Positions 13,235 through 30,656 of a stretch of 64,000 nt of DNA are shown piece by piece. Under the pieces are notes generated by a model. It saw only the letters and a program-made list of their open reading frames with translations, was not told the origin of the DNA and ran no database searches. This DNA is from Atractiella rhizophila. Its lineage: Eukaryota. Every line of letters starts with the position of its first letter. Position 1 is the stretch's first letter. Where the stretch lies: assembly GCA_021432655.1 (NCBI GenBank), contig MU271220.1:1-64000 (forward strand), given 5' to 3'. The translations under genes were made by a program, and so were the position numbers.

Positions 13235-15361
13235 ATGTCTCAAGCAGTGTGAGTATCCCTGCTTTCCTGCCATCGAAAAGCATCCGCTCATCTTTCGATC
13301 CATGACAGCGGTGATATCGGTGTAAGTTTTGCTCGATAGCATGGATGTGGCGGTCTGAGCCATCATCTCTAGCTTATCGGTCTGGCAGTCATGGGCCAGA
13401 ACTTGAGTGAGTTGATTTTCTATTTCGCGGGATGAACGCTGACTGATGGGACAGTTCTCAACATGTAAGCCTATTCGATCAGCTTCATCGTGCCGTATTC
13501 ATGGGTCGATTTGCTGGTAATTCAGGGCGTGAGTATCCTGCTTCTCTGAAGGGCGAAATTGAAGGGATTTGTAGTGATAAGGGATTTACCGTCGTCGCTT
13601 ACAATCGAACGGTTTCCAAAGTCGACCATTTCCTCGCCAATGAAGCAAAGGGTGCGCTCCTATGTCTTTGAACAGTCAGATTGTTGATCTTGAGGCAGGC
13701 AAATCTATCGTCGGCGCACACACCGTTGAGGAACTCTGTGCTAAGCTCAAGACCCCGAGGAAGATTATTATGCTTGTGAAGGCTGGATCTGCTGTCGATG
13801 ACTTCATTGCCCAGCTCGAACCCTACCTCCAGAAGGGAGATATCCTTATCGATGGTGGTAACTCTCACTACCCCGATAGTATCAGGAGGACGCAGGAGTT
13901 GGAGGCCAAGGGATTGCTGTTCGTTGGATCTGGAGTTTCCGGAGGAGAAGAGGGTGCCCGCCACGGGCCTAGTTTGAGTGAGTTTTCCCTTTATTTTACA
14001 GATCGCGGGTTGAAGAGATGAAAAGTGCCCGGTGGCTCCGATGCTGCGTGGCCATCCATCAAGGAAATCTTCCAGAAGACAGCCGCTCAGACTGATGGAG
14101 AACCTTGCTGCGACTGGGTCGGAGGGACTGGAGCTGGTCATTACGTCAAAATGGTCCACAACGGGATCGAGTACGGAGACATGCAGCTCATTTGCGAAGC
14201 TTATGACATCCTCAAGCGTGGCCTCGGCCTGACCGAGAGCGAGATTGGAGACGTTTTCACTCAGTGGAACAAGGGTGTTCTCGACTCCTTCCTCATCGAG
14301 ATCACCAGGGACATCCTCAAATTCAACGATACTGATGGCGTACCGCTCGTCACGAAGATTCTCGACAAGTTCGCCTCCTTACATTCCTCGTCTTTCCACG
14401 CTGACGTAACTATAGGGCTGGACAGAAAGGAACTGGCAAGTGGACTGCTGTCAATGCCCTCGACCTTGGAATGCCCGTGACTCTGATTGGTAAGTGCCGA
14501 CCGACCTTTTGCGTGTGTTATTGAGCAAATCGTCTCAGGTGAGGCTGTCTTCGCCCGTTGCCTTTCCTCCATCAAGGACGAACGAGTTCGCGCCTCCAAG
14601 GTTTTGGGAGGTCCCCAGTCTGAACCCTTCAACGGAAACAAGCAGCACTTCATTGACGACCTTGAGATGGCCCTCTACGCCTCCAAGATCATTTCGTATG
14701 CACAAGGCAAGCATTCTCCGCGGTAGCTTCCGCCCGTCTGACAGTAGATCAAGGTTTCATGTTGATGAGGGAGGCTGCGAAGGAATATAACTGGACTCTT
14801 AACCAAGCTGGTATCGCTTTGATGTGGCGAGGAGGATGCATCATTAGGAGCGTCTTCTTGCGAGACATCACCAATGCATTCAGGAAGAATCCCAACCTCG
14901 AGAACTTGCTTTTCGACGACTTTTTCCGCAATGCCATTCACAAGTACACTTTTTTTCATGACGTATATTACATTGGTTGACGTGGTGAACAGGGCTCAAC
15001 CAGGGTGGCGCAGGGTGGTTGCCCAAAGCGCTCTGTGGGGAATTCCCACGCCTGCTTTCTCCACTGCTCTCTCTTTCTTCGACGGCTACCGAACTGAACG
15101 TCTCCCCGCGTCCATGCTGCAAGCCCAGGTACCTTAAATTTTCACATTTGCCCCAAGGACTGACTGACCAATGTAAATTTAGCGTGATTACTTTGGTGCC
15201 CACACTTACAGGCTGTACGTTTTCTACTCTGTCGCTCGTACTGTTTGTACTTACGCAATGTGCTTAGACTCCCGGAATACGCCAATGGCAACACTGGTGA
15301 CATCCACACCAACTGGACCGGTCGCGGAGGAAACGTTTCCAGCACTTCTTACCTCGCTTAG
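13235..15361 (+). CDS. GND1: 6-phosphogluconate dehydrogenase (decarboxylating)
   Basis: Spliced N-terminus [113 protein letters not shown]. Confidence 0.98.
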
Positions 15362-15737
15362 TGAGATATGATGAAAGAGAATAGAGACTTGTTGCAATCA
15401 AAAATGTGTGGTATAAGTGTTGGAGAATTAGAAATGTTATACAACGTGTAATAACATTTTCGAAAATCCTTTACTGTATCTGATCTGGCATCGTGATTTA
15501 TTCCCTCACTTACTAGCTCCGACTGAGCAAATGATGTTTGCTATGGTTTTAACCACATTAACTGGCAAGCGCGGTCCAACGTTTCGCAGGGCAGCTAACT
15601 CTCTTAAAGCCACTCCGCTGATCTGGAATACAAACCTGTTTTCGAGAGTGACCTCAGGAGTAACTTTAACCTAAACTCCTTTGTCCTGGCGCAGCGCAAT
15701 TGCACATTGCCTCTATCAGCCTCATCACATATTCAAA

Positions 15738-16168
15738 ATGTTTAGGTCTCTTGTCGCGCGAGCATCTCATGGGCACAAAGTTTCTATAAGCTTCCTAGGC
15801 AAACAACGGCATTGGGGTAAGTGGTGTCCCCTTTGTTCTCAGCTCTTCTGTGTTTAACAGAATCCTATCCTTAGAATCAACGGCTCATGAACATCCCTTA
15901 ATACCACGGAATGAGAAATTCTCTGTCCCCAAGCCGCAACCTCCCAAACCGTCAGCCGTTGCCAAGAAGGAGGAGCCGAAGAATTGGCAGGATCTGCCCG
16001 AGTGGTGGAACTTGCCCAAACATTATTGGAGGAATAACAGCGGATTTTCGGAAGAAGAGATAGAAGCCATTGAGGTGCGTGGTTCTTTAGGCTGTATGGG
16101 CGAAGGAATGTTGATTCGTGATGCAGAGCGGAGGGGCCACTTCGATTGCTCATAACTTCTCCCCTTAG
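15738..16168 (+). CDS. Small mitochondrial protein, Kgd4/Ymr31 (MRPS36 family) 2-oxoglutarate dehydrogenase adaptor
   Basis: Mitochondrial-type N-terminus MFRSLVARASHGHKVSISFLGKQRHW; C-terminal LPKHYW...FSEEEIEAIE|SGGA; three exons. Confidence 0.75.
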
Positions 16169-17387
16169 TGCATATCAAGTGCATTACTTACTCTTGTATT
16201 CGTGCAGCTCACGTTAGCCTGACCCTCAATTCAAGTGAAATAAGATCGTAGGATCCGCATTGGTTCTCGTGCTGCCATCTGAATTGTCAGCTGTGCTTTG
16301 GTGCTGCCAATATCCAATACAGGACCCAAGTGATGGCGTGGACACTGCCAAATGAATTGGTAGTTGAAGTGCCCTGCAACATTCACCAAGGGAATTGCAA
16401 TGCGACCTCGCCATTTTACACTACAGCAACGCATCCATGCTTAATCCTTTTAGAGTGGCTGCGAAATTACAAAGGCTCAAATCTTTTGATTTTGAGAAAT
16501 TTAGTCGGTCCTATTGCCGCGAGCAGGTTTAACTTTCTGTCCCTGCTGGAAACATTTATGCGAGGAAGGAAATCAAACGCAGATTCTCATATCGAATGAG
16601 GCTGATTCGCTGAGGTTGGGTTAGACAATATTATGAGCTTGAACCATAAGTCCACTAGCTCTTCTCAGAGAATGCGGTTCCCGTCTGGATCACTTTCACT
16701 TCACCTCATGTTGCTCCCCATTGATAATTGTGAGCAAGATAGCTGTCTCGATGTAGCGGGCCTACTAGAACAGAATTTTGGGGATATATTACGGATCTGG
16801 AAAAGTGCTCAATTACAGACAGCTCTCTAGACAGGTTCAATTAATTGGGAAGGGCATGTACGAAGTATTAGAAATGCGGGTAAGTTAGTAGACATCGATG
16901 GAGGGTAGGAGCAATAAACATAGTTGCATGGCTAAACACAGCTCCGCAGAGCCTGCTATCAGATATGCGGGATATCGCTGAGGAGTTTTGCATGTTGGTG
17001 TTTATAGTAATCGAACTAAATTTGTTCAAACTCACATACTCATGTCTGTTTCCTTCCTTTCATGTGTCAAAGAATTGTGACAATCGACTCGGATTCTTGA
17101 AGTTAATGAAGACTCAGAATAATAATACGCCTTTGCCCTCGTTGCTCTGTGGCAGTGGCTCTCAATGTAAAGGCGAGGTACATATTATATTCTTGATGCT
17201 TCCGAATTTGTGGTAATCCCAAAGGAGTTCAAACCTTAACTTGGGCAACATGACGGAACCATCGAGAACAAGGTTTGGAAAGTTTGTCATCACGGTAGAG
17301 GCTGTCTTCTCCTCTCTAGAGTCTAGAATCAAGCAAACTTCATCCTTTCATCTATAGAATTGTCGAGGAAGCAGTAGACGTGCGAAT

Positions 17388-18085
17388 ATGCTTAGCGCAC
17401 TGTACAGTTGGGCAGGACGGAACGTAACAGCGCCAGTTCTGAAGGCTCCAGCCAACGAAGAAGACGATGTGGGGGTATTTCCAGCTCCAGACTCCATCCA
17501 GCGCGCCAGATCAGGCCCGACAGCAGCACCCAGCATTTCTGTCATTGAACCGGAGGACGATGACGCAGATGGTGACTCTGACACGCCTACGCTGCGAGGG
17601 GAGGAGGCTCATCATTCCCTCGCGCCAGAGGAGACCAAGAAGAAGCCCAAGAAAAGTCGAAAGGTTGCTCTGAAACCAGGGAGGAGTCAGTTAGATTGGT
17701 CCAATCTTACACGTCAAGGAATAGATTTGAGGGTGCGTTCGTCGTTTTGTTGATATAGGGAGGTGAAATGTTGGAGCAGGAAGGGCGTGGGGAGTTTATG
17801 CGCATTACTCCTAGCGAGCTAGCAAAGCATAAGACGAAAGATGATGCCTGGATGGCTCTCAATGGGAAGGTGTATTTTATTACTCCATACCTAGAGTATC
17901 ATCCTGGAGGGGAAAAGGAGTTGATGCGCGGAGTTGGAAGAGATGGTAAGCTCCTTTCTTAATTCCAAGACGATTTCTCACTTTTCTCAGGGACCAAATT
18001 GTTCATGAATACACACGCTTGGGTGAATATAGACCACATGCTGCAAGGCTGCATGATCGGCATGCTTGTTCCAGAGAATCGTTAA
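17388..18085 (+). CDS. Cytochrome b5-like heme-binding domain protein (Irc21/NCB5OR N-terminal type)
   Basis: RKVALKPGRSQLDW; ITPSELAKHKTKDDAWMALNGKVYFITPYLEYHPGGEKELMRGVGRDG|TKLFMNTHAWVNIDHMLQGCMIGML. Confidence 0.9.
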
Positions 18086-18262
18086 GAGGTTGAACATAGA
18101 ATTCTAGGTGGATGCATATTCGTGCAATACCAAGTATCTTCGGTATTCTGCAGGGTATTTCGCATTTCGTGCTTGTTGTACAATTGATAATTGTTACATG
18201 GTTGAATATCTCCACATTTAAATCTCCCAATTGCCACACTACAGCAAAATCAGTCGGTACAT

Positions 18263-19568
18263 TCAGTCATCGTAGTCGTCAAAGGGATTCCTTTGAAACT
18301 CCTCTGCAATAAACGGTAATTAGCAAAGCAGAACTGTTAAGAAGGAAAGAGAGGATCGTTACCGTCATCATCGCTGTCTCTGCGCTGTTTAATAATGAGG
18401 TTCCTCTTGACGGGCTCTTCAACTGCGAAAAAGCATCAAGTTCCGCAACCGAGAGCACAGATGCCCACATACTTTTACTTTCATCCAAGTTGGGTGGTCC
18501 GCCTTCTTTCACGGTCGGAGGTGTCTCAGAAGACTTTGGTTCAGGAGTCCGCTGGGGGATCGCTGCAGTTTGCACTGGACAACCGCACCGGTCAGCAAAT
18601 TCATCGCAAGTTCAGTTGTCGTACCAGGCGGCGTAGGCTGCGAGGATGATGGTGCCCGTCCACTGAGCATTTGAGCCGGACTTATGCCACCCGTGCTTTC
18701 ACTGCTCAGCAGTCAGCAGATCCTGGGCACATCCAGAATACGAAACATACACAGGAATAGGCTCCTTCGGCTTCTCAAGATCCTTGATGAATCCTCTCCC
18801 TTTACTCAACAAGAAGTTAAATGTCTTCTTGCCTTCTTCTGCAAACTTCCCGAATTGCTCCTTTCCATGCGCTGCAAATTTGTCTAGCTGATCTGCAATC
18901 TTATCCATCTCATCGCGTCCATCTTCGGGTGGAGGGGGTTGCGCACGCCGACGCCCACCACCATTTCGCGTTCGAGGCTGATAAGCGAGGTGAGAGTATT
19001 GCCCGCCCTGATCTTCTTGAGCTAAGCTTCGGGCATACTCCTCGTCTGTCTCCTGCTGCGACTGCACACAAACCACAATGCCTCAATACCACAACTTACG
19101 ATGCAGACCATAATGAAAGCACACCGGCTTGAAATTCGGATCGCTCATGGAGAGAAGCGTATTGATCGCAGCCTCTTTGTCACCCCTGTGACCAGCCAGG
19201 ACCTCGCTCAGAATCTCAGTTGGGATATCGGGGAACATGGCGTGCAATTCGCTTATATCTGGATCCAGTGGCTGCTCTGGAGCGACTGGGATTGGCGCAA
19301 CTAGGGGAGGAGCCGGGGCGGTAGGTGCAGCAACCGCTTCTGCAGGTTGAGCTGGAGTAGCTTCGGCATCCGCGTTGCTTGGCTGCAGCGGAGGGGAGCT
19401 TGCTTTGTCGGAAGTGAGCGTAGTTTCTAGTGCTGGAGTGGTGATGTCTGACGATTCCACGGGTTTGGCGGGTTCGGCAGCGGGAGGAGGTGCTGCACTA
19501 GCATCCAGACTGTAGCCTTCGACTTCTGGCTTGTCGTCCTTTTCCTTTGCCTGTTGCTCTGAAGCCAT
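18263..19568 (-). CDS. CUE-domain ubiquitin-binding protein (Cue5-like)
   Basis: ISELHAMFPDIPTEILSEVLAGHRGDKEAAINTLLSMSDP (CUE); QQETDEEYARSLA; spliced C-terminus EEFQRNPFDDYDD*. Confidence 0.85.
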
Positions 19569-20022
19569 CGTGGTTCTCCAGGGAAATTACCATGACACCA
19601 ACAGCGAACTACGGCAGTAAACCTTAGTGCAACAACAGACAATATCTTATTTACAGTCATGAATGGAACAAGCTGACAAGCTGACATATGGGCGCAACGA
19701 GCAGCCGGAAGAGAGCGGTAGCCTTATATTTTTCTTTGACGATCGAGCAAGTTCAAGTTGCTGATGGGTGGCGCAGCTGCTTGTCCAGAATCACGATCGA
19801 ACATCCATGCCAGATGTGTTCAAAGACGCTGTCGTTGATTGAACAATATAAACAGAATCCATTCCCTCAAAACACCCATTTGTAGCTCGAAAAGCACAAG
19901 TTCCTCGGTCATGTCGCATACCTTAACGTCTTGCTCCTTGTTGTCTTGAATCCTCTTGCTGACTGCCTATTTGTTTTATACGTCCGTCTGCTTGCTGTCA
20001 CCTCCCAGAACCACAACTCGCC

Positions 20023-21793
20023 ATGTCCAATCACTTGACGCAACGAAACCAACAAGTTTCGCCCATCTATCGTCTCCCCCTCAAACTCTTGGTGAACCAC
20101 ATTTTCCCAATTGTTTTTTCTGATATCTCGCCTCCCAATAAATTGACCGATGATGCATCTGAAGATGAAAACCGGTCGATTAGCAGGTCGAGTGGGTTGG
20201 TGCAAAGATTGAGGCGGATTAGGATTGGGTCGCACGTTGCTCAAGAGCATGTCCTTGCTTGCCTCGTTTCTAAAAGGTTTTACATCGCCGTCTCTCATTT
20301 TGTGATTCTGCCGGATATATTCGAGGAGAAAACCTCCTACCGCATGATTTTCCCTCATAGAGACCGAATCATCCTTACGAAACTGGATCGTCGCACTAGT
20401 ATTCCACATAAAAGCACCGACAGGCCCACATTTGGTACTCTTCCTACTGAAATTATATACCAAATCATGAAAATTGTGGTCGATGGTGCGGATCCAATTC
20501 TCAAATTTCATGCTGTCGACTGAATGCTTTGCAGGTTCGTTCGGACTGGACTTCAGGAACCGTGTAGTTGACCGCATCCGGAACTCCAAAACAGTACGGT
20601 TCGATTCACTCGTCAACATCCTCCTCGTCAACAAATGGATGTTTTTCCTCGGACAACCTCTAATATATCGATACGCTGTTGCATTTGCGAAGATTCCGAT
20701 TTCTGTGCTACACCATTTCATAGCGAAATATGGCGTCAAAGCGAACTACATCCACACTCTTGCCATCTCCGAGTCCCGACGGGGTCGAATTTTGTCTGCC
20801 TTCGACGTCGAGGATATTCAAATGTTAACTCGCCTGCAAGGTCTACGCGATCTAACTATCACCGTTTCACAGTACACTCCTGGAATGTTGCGTCTGCCTA
20901 TCCTACCCTTGTTAGTGGCGCTGACTTGCTGTTTCTCTTCTTCCGCTGTGAATGAACAAGATTTTTACAACGGGCAAACAGCGAATGACTTTGTAGCTTC
21001 AGGGTTCTTAGAAGATCTTCCACATTTCGCCTCTCTCCAATCAATCAACGTTTCCGGAATCGGATCGATTCGGCTTCCACTCCCCGACATCCCAACCCAG
21101 CCGACGCATAGCATCTCGAGTTATAGAAATTTACACATTCGCTTCTACCAAGAAGGAAAGCCTGAGATCAAGAGCTGTGCGGACTGGGAAGGCTTTTTTA
21201 TACAAAACATACCCGCAGTCTCTCGCCTCACACTTGCTGACCATCCTCAGCAATCCTCAAAAGCCACAAAGCCAGGCGTAGAACGAATGCTGAACCATTT
21301 TGCGACGTCTCTCCGATCGTTAACTCTGGACAACATAGCAGACTTCCCAGTCCTCCCTCGGCTGCCTCAGTTGGCTAGCCTTACAGTGAAAGCGGAGCAT
21401 TACGAATCCCAGACGAGCGTTGTGACGCCGGTCCCACTCTTGGGTCTGATTCCCGACCTCCCCAAGATGACGACGCTGGTGGAGCTCAAGCTCTTCGGTT
21501 CGCGACTCAAAATCGCTGGAGACTTTGAAGGTCGATCCCAGCTGAATTTGCACACTTTGGTCCTGGATAGGCTGGACATCATAGAACCGGGTCTTTTGGT
21601 CATGCTCCTGCGATCGTCGAAGGATACACTGAGCTCCGTTCGCTGTAATTTCAACGACTCTTTTGCGAAGGAAGACGACGAAGAGTGGATCCATGAATAT
21701 CTCAGCACATTCGCGCATGTTGCCAAAGTTGATAGGGTTCTGCAGCTGGAACCGACTGAGCTTCACCATCTTGATATGGACAGCTGGTGGTAA
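20023..21793 (+). CDS. F-box/LRR (RNI-like) protein with two tandem F-box-like motifs; one intron 20486-20534
   Basis: IYRLPLKLLVNHIF...CLVSKRF and TFGTLPTEIIYQIM...LLVNKWMFFLGQPLIY; GATG|gtgcgg...ttgcag|GTTCG joins the two ORFs in frame; LxxLxL repeats. Confidence 0.72.
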
Positions 21794-22112
21794 TATAGCG
21801 CGTGCTACATTCTTTTGCTCAAACCTCGATTCTGCATCTGTGATTTTGAAGCTATGCCTTATCGGCTCTGAGAAGCTCGAAGCTTTCCGTGTCATTTGAA
21901 GCAATCGCACTGTGTGCCACCAACTTGGAATATTACGTGAAGATGTACCGCCTTATTTGTAACGTCTCCAACATTTGCGTACCAACATTTTAGTGCAGAC
22001 CAAGCGAATGTATTGATACTTCCATAAAGGGGGGACAAAAGACGGGAGGGAGCACCGAAATCCTCCAGTTGGGATCCAATAGAAAGTGCAAGCCAAATAG
22101 GTAACGCCGCAT

Positions 22113-24957
22113 TCACTGCTCCACGTAGTGCTGATGAGGAGGAGGATGCATGCCTGCTGGGAAATGTTGCACCGCTTTAATATCTAGGAATCAGGAATGA
22201 CAAATCCTGTATCAGCAGAAGACGTACGCGGCGTAGGATATGCATAGGCATGCGGCATTGGCCGACCTCCTGCATACACTGGTTGCATTGGGATTGCTAT
22301 TGATTCCGAGTCACGCGTGTTCTTAACCTGATGGGATACAAAATAACATACCTCCAGGAGGGACCATAGCCCCCATTTGTGGGCTGTATACTCCTGGTAC
22401 GGCAGCTGTCATAGCATCTACAACCATTCTTAACTGAAGGAAGACCTAAGTGAACAGAACGAACGAGATTGGGCCATAGAAACTGGTGCACCAAAAGGCA
22501 CTTGCATGAACTGAGGGTACATCGGTTGTGTCCCCATCGGGTGCATGGCTTGTGGATGGGGCTGAGGCGACTATGACACCATTCGTTGTATCAGTATTCA
22601 ACTCGTCACAGTCACGAAACGGGACACATACCTGACCAGGCCGGAATTGGGGTTGATGATATGGAAAGGCCGCGTAAGGCATGGGTTGGTGAGGAGGCAT
22701 AGCGTTGGGAGGAGGCATCGTTTGCTCCTCCACTTCCGAGGCTGAGAACGGGAAGAGGGTTCTGTACGGTTTGGTACCAAAGGGCCATACCCATGCTATG
22801 AATATCCTTTCGTCAGCATAGGGTCGAGATAAAAAGAACAACTAACAAACTGATGATGGATCCTGAGGTGTGCCATTTTTGAAAGGAGAGAAATCCTCTT
22901 TCACATAAATTGAAGCTCCTTTCTTCAGCGCGCGATCACCAAAAAATTGATTCGGTGCCAACTCCTGGATGGAAAAACATTATGTAAGAGTCGATTTCTC
23001 CGAAAGAGAGATTTACTCACGGCCTGGTTGACGGCTGGGGAAGAAGCGGACGAGGAAGCAGCATTACCTTGGCCATTCTGGGAATCCATGAGCATTATCA
23101 TACGAAGCACAGGATGAGACGACGTACAAGTGGGGTAAAAGTGTTAGCATTAGGATTAGGCTTGAATTGATGGGTAATGTTTACCCTTTCCACCGCGGTT
23201 GGCGCTGCGGCAGGTTTGGCAGGGGGTACGGCAGGTTTTGTACGGTTTGGATTGAAAGGAGGAATTTGGGAGATTGGTCCAAGAGACAGTTTGAGCTTGG
23301 AAACAGGGGTGGTGGCAGTGCTGCTGATGGGCTTTGGGGCTTGGGGCGACGCTTTGATATCTTGAGGAGTAATCTCCTCCTTCTTTTTAATAATCTGTGC
23401 AAGATCTGGAGGTACTGGAGTTTTCAACTGCATCCACCAACACATTGAAACTCGCCCCTATAAATGAGAGGAAGGAAAGGCTCACCTTGAACGATGCACT
23501 AAATTCTTTCAGATCAGCGAGTTTATCGTATTTCTCCTTCCTTGCCAACGCCTGCTTTTTCTGTACCAAACGTTCTTTCTCGTTCGTCACGAACCGGCGG
23601 AAATCTGTCTGAAGACCATCGCCTAACTCGCCCTTCGGCTTATCAGATGTTTCCTCCGAAGGTCCGGACGTGGTAATGGTAGGCAGTCTAGTAGAAACAG
23701 ATGGAATGACTCTTTCGCGCTCTGGGGCTCTAGCTGGGACGACGTTGAGCTCAGGGATTGGCGGAGGAGGAACCACAGGAGTGGCACCGTTGGGCCGTAC
23801 GACAGGTGTGGGAGTGGCGGCGGATGGAGGTGGTTGAGGTTGTGGGGGCGTGGTCGGAGTTGCAGTTCCACTGGCTGCAGCAGCCGCAGCGGCTTTCCTT
23901 GCAGCAGGAGGGACGTAGGCGTTGGGGCCACGAATAACAGCACCGTATCTTTAAGTCACGTCAATGAGGAGACTTCAAGTGGAAAGGCCGTACTTGGCTT
24001 CTTCGTCCAAACCCTCTGCATTCTGCCCGCGCTCCTCAGCGATGTGGGGGTTGGAGGATGATACCTGACAAAACATTCAGCTACAACGGATGTGGAAGGG
24101 GAATGCAGACGCCGAGAATCTCATTCGCTAGCTTGTCTGCCTTCTTCTCTCTCTCCTTAAAATCGGCCGTGGTACGGTCCAATTTGGTGGTATAAATCTC
24201 CTCGTCATAGTTGGTGGTGGTCCCAAACAAGTTTTCATTCGTCTGAAACTGATCCCATTTCTTCACATTGGGGTCCCAGTCGAGCATCCCATTGGCAGCG
24301 TCGTAGTCCTCCATTGCCTCAGACCACTTTTGGAGTTCCTTCTCCTTTTTCTCTGTTCCGTTGGAGATGTCAGTATCCGTCTTGAACGCCATTTTCGGTT
24401 CATCCGCTTTCTCCTCCAAATCCACGTCTGCCGATGTAATCTCCTGCAAGTCCTTGCCGAAGATAAGCATCGTACGAGGCAGGGTGCTCTCAGGTTGAGA
24501 CAAATCCATTGGCAACTTTAGGCAGATGCCCAGCTCGCCTTCAGTGGTCGCAGAAGACAATATTCCTTCGAGTTTCGCGCCGCCCTTAAGCGTGGCTACG
24601 ACCTTGGTACCCTTTGGACCATTTTCACTTAACCTTACCCTTCGTACTCGACGAAAAAGGGACGTACGACGAGGGAAACTATGAGGAATATGAGCCTGTC
24701 ATGCATATGTTTATTCACTTCCGCCACTTCGGAAGCATTTGGTTTTGGTTGGGATGGAGCTGGGGACTGTCCGTTTGAGAGATGGGACTGGGAAACGGCT
24801 GGGCTGCTTGGCCTTGAGCCTCCCACTGTCGGACCCAATGACGAGTTGGATCCCCATCTCTGCGGCCTCCTGCCGAGTTCGCCCATTAGTTATGTGCCAA
24901 AAATGATAGAGGATGAGCTAAAGCATACTTGTTGGAGTTCCTGCCTTTAGAAGACAT
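22113..24957 (-). CDS. PBP1: Ataxin-2/Pbp1 homolog (LSm + LsmAD, Pro/Gln-rich C-terminus)
   Basis: HMHDRLIFLIVSLV (LSm); FKTDTDIS; WDQFQTNENLFGTTTNYDEEIYTTKLDR...EREKKADKLANEI (LsmAD); ADLKEFSASFK. Confidence 0.9.
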
Positions 24958-25181
24958 CTGTCTCAGGCTCACATTCGTGGTCGTTGTCTGGTGTTCCTGG
25001 TCAATTTAGGTTTAGTCCACTCAGCGTGCCCCGACCAGACCAGCAACACTCCTTAGCTATCTCGATTTCCTATCGATTTCCCTTTATCAGTCTCTGGTTC
25101 GCTGGCTCATCTCATCGTTCTATCACATATCACACAGTTGTCTGCCCCGTCTCAGCAACCGACGTCGCCACTCGGGACGTC

Positions 25182-30290
<5,109 letters not shown>

Positions 30291-30656
30291 ACTTTTAACA
30301 AATCATTTTCTCGTCCATAGTGTAGACTTTAACCTGTTCAGTTTCAATTTCCCTCTTCATCATCCTTGGTGGACATTGTCAGTGGATGCTATCATGCTGT
30401 GGTCACTTCGTTGCCTCAATCTATGTATTCAAAATCGTTTTTCTTCTGGGTGTGGCGTGGAATATTAGCAGTTGTGATTGTACTAAACCTTGCCGCGTTG
30501 AATCGCAGCTACAATAACATGAAAAGAGGCAGAGGGTTGTTCATTCTCGAACGGAGCATGGAGGAATAACACATTGAAAACATCATTAAGGAAACAAGCA
30601 GAAGCAGAGAATAACGCAGCAGAACTATGACAGATGCCAGAAGTGATTACATGGCT

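Larger units (their letters stand above)
8372..13552 (+). repeat. Head-to-tail duplication: copy 1 8372-10960 (2589 bp), copy 2 10961-13552 (2592 bp)
   Basis: attcaacgatgaagtattgc begins at both 8372 and 10961; ...cttctctgaagg ends at both 10960 and 13552; ORF offsets 2589/2592. Confidence 0.98.

Noticed and set aside
15340..15375. Cryptic peroxisomal targeting of 6PGD by stop-codon readthrough
   Set aside because: The TAG is followed immediately by TGA, with no TGA-CTA context and no PTS1-bearing extension.
16333..17216. Possible decayed F-box gene (MAWTLPNELVVEV...)
   Set aside because: Only a short motif match; downstream frames are short and unconvincing.
20474..20534. Programmed frameshift or pseudogenisation between ORFs 20023-20523 and 20474-21793
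   Set aside because: An ordinary 49-nt GT-AG intron explains the frame change.
19909..20739. 276-aa minus-strand ORF
   Set aside because: Antisense shadow of the F-box gene with no recognisable motifs.
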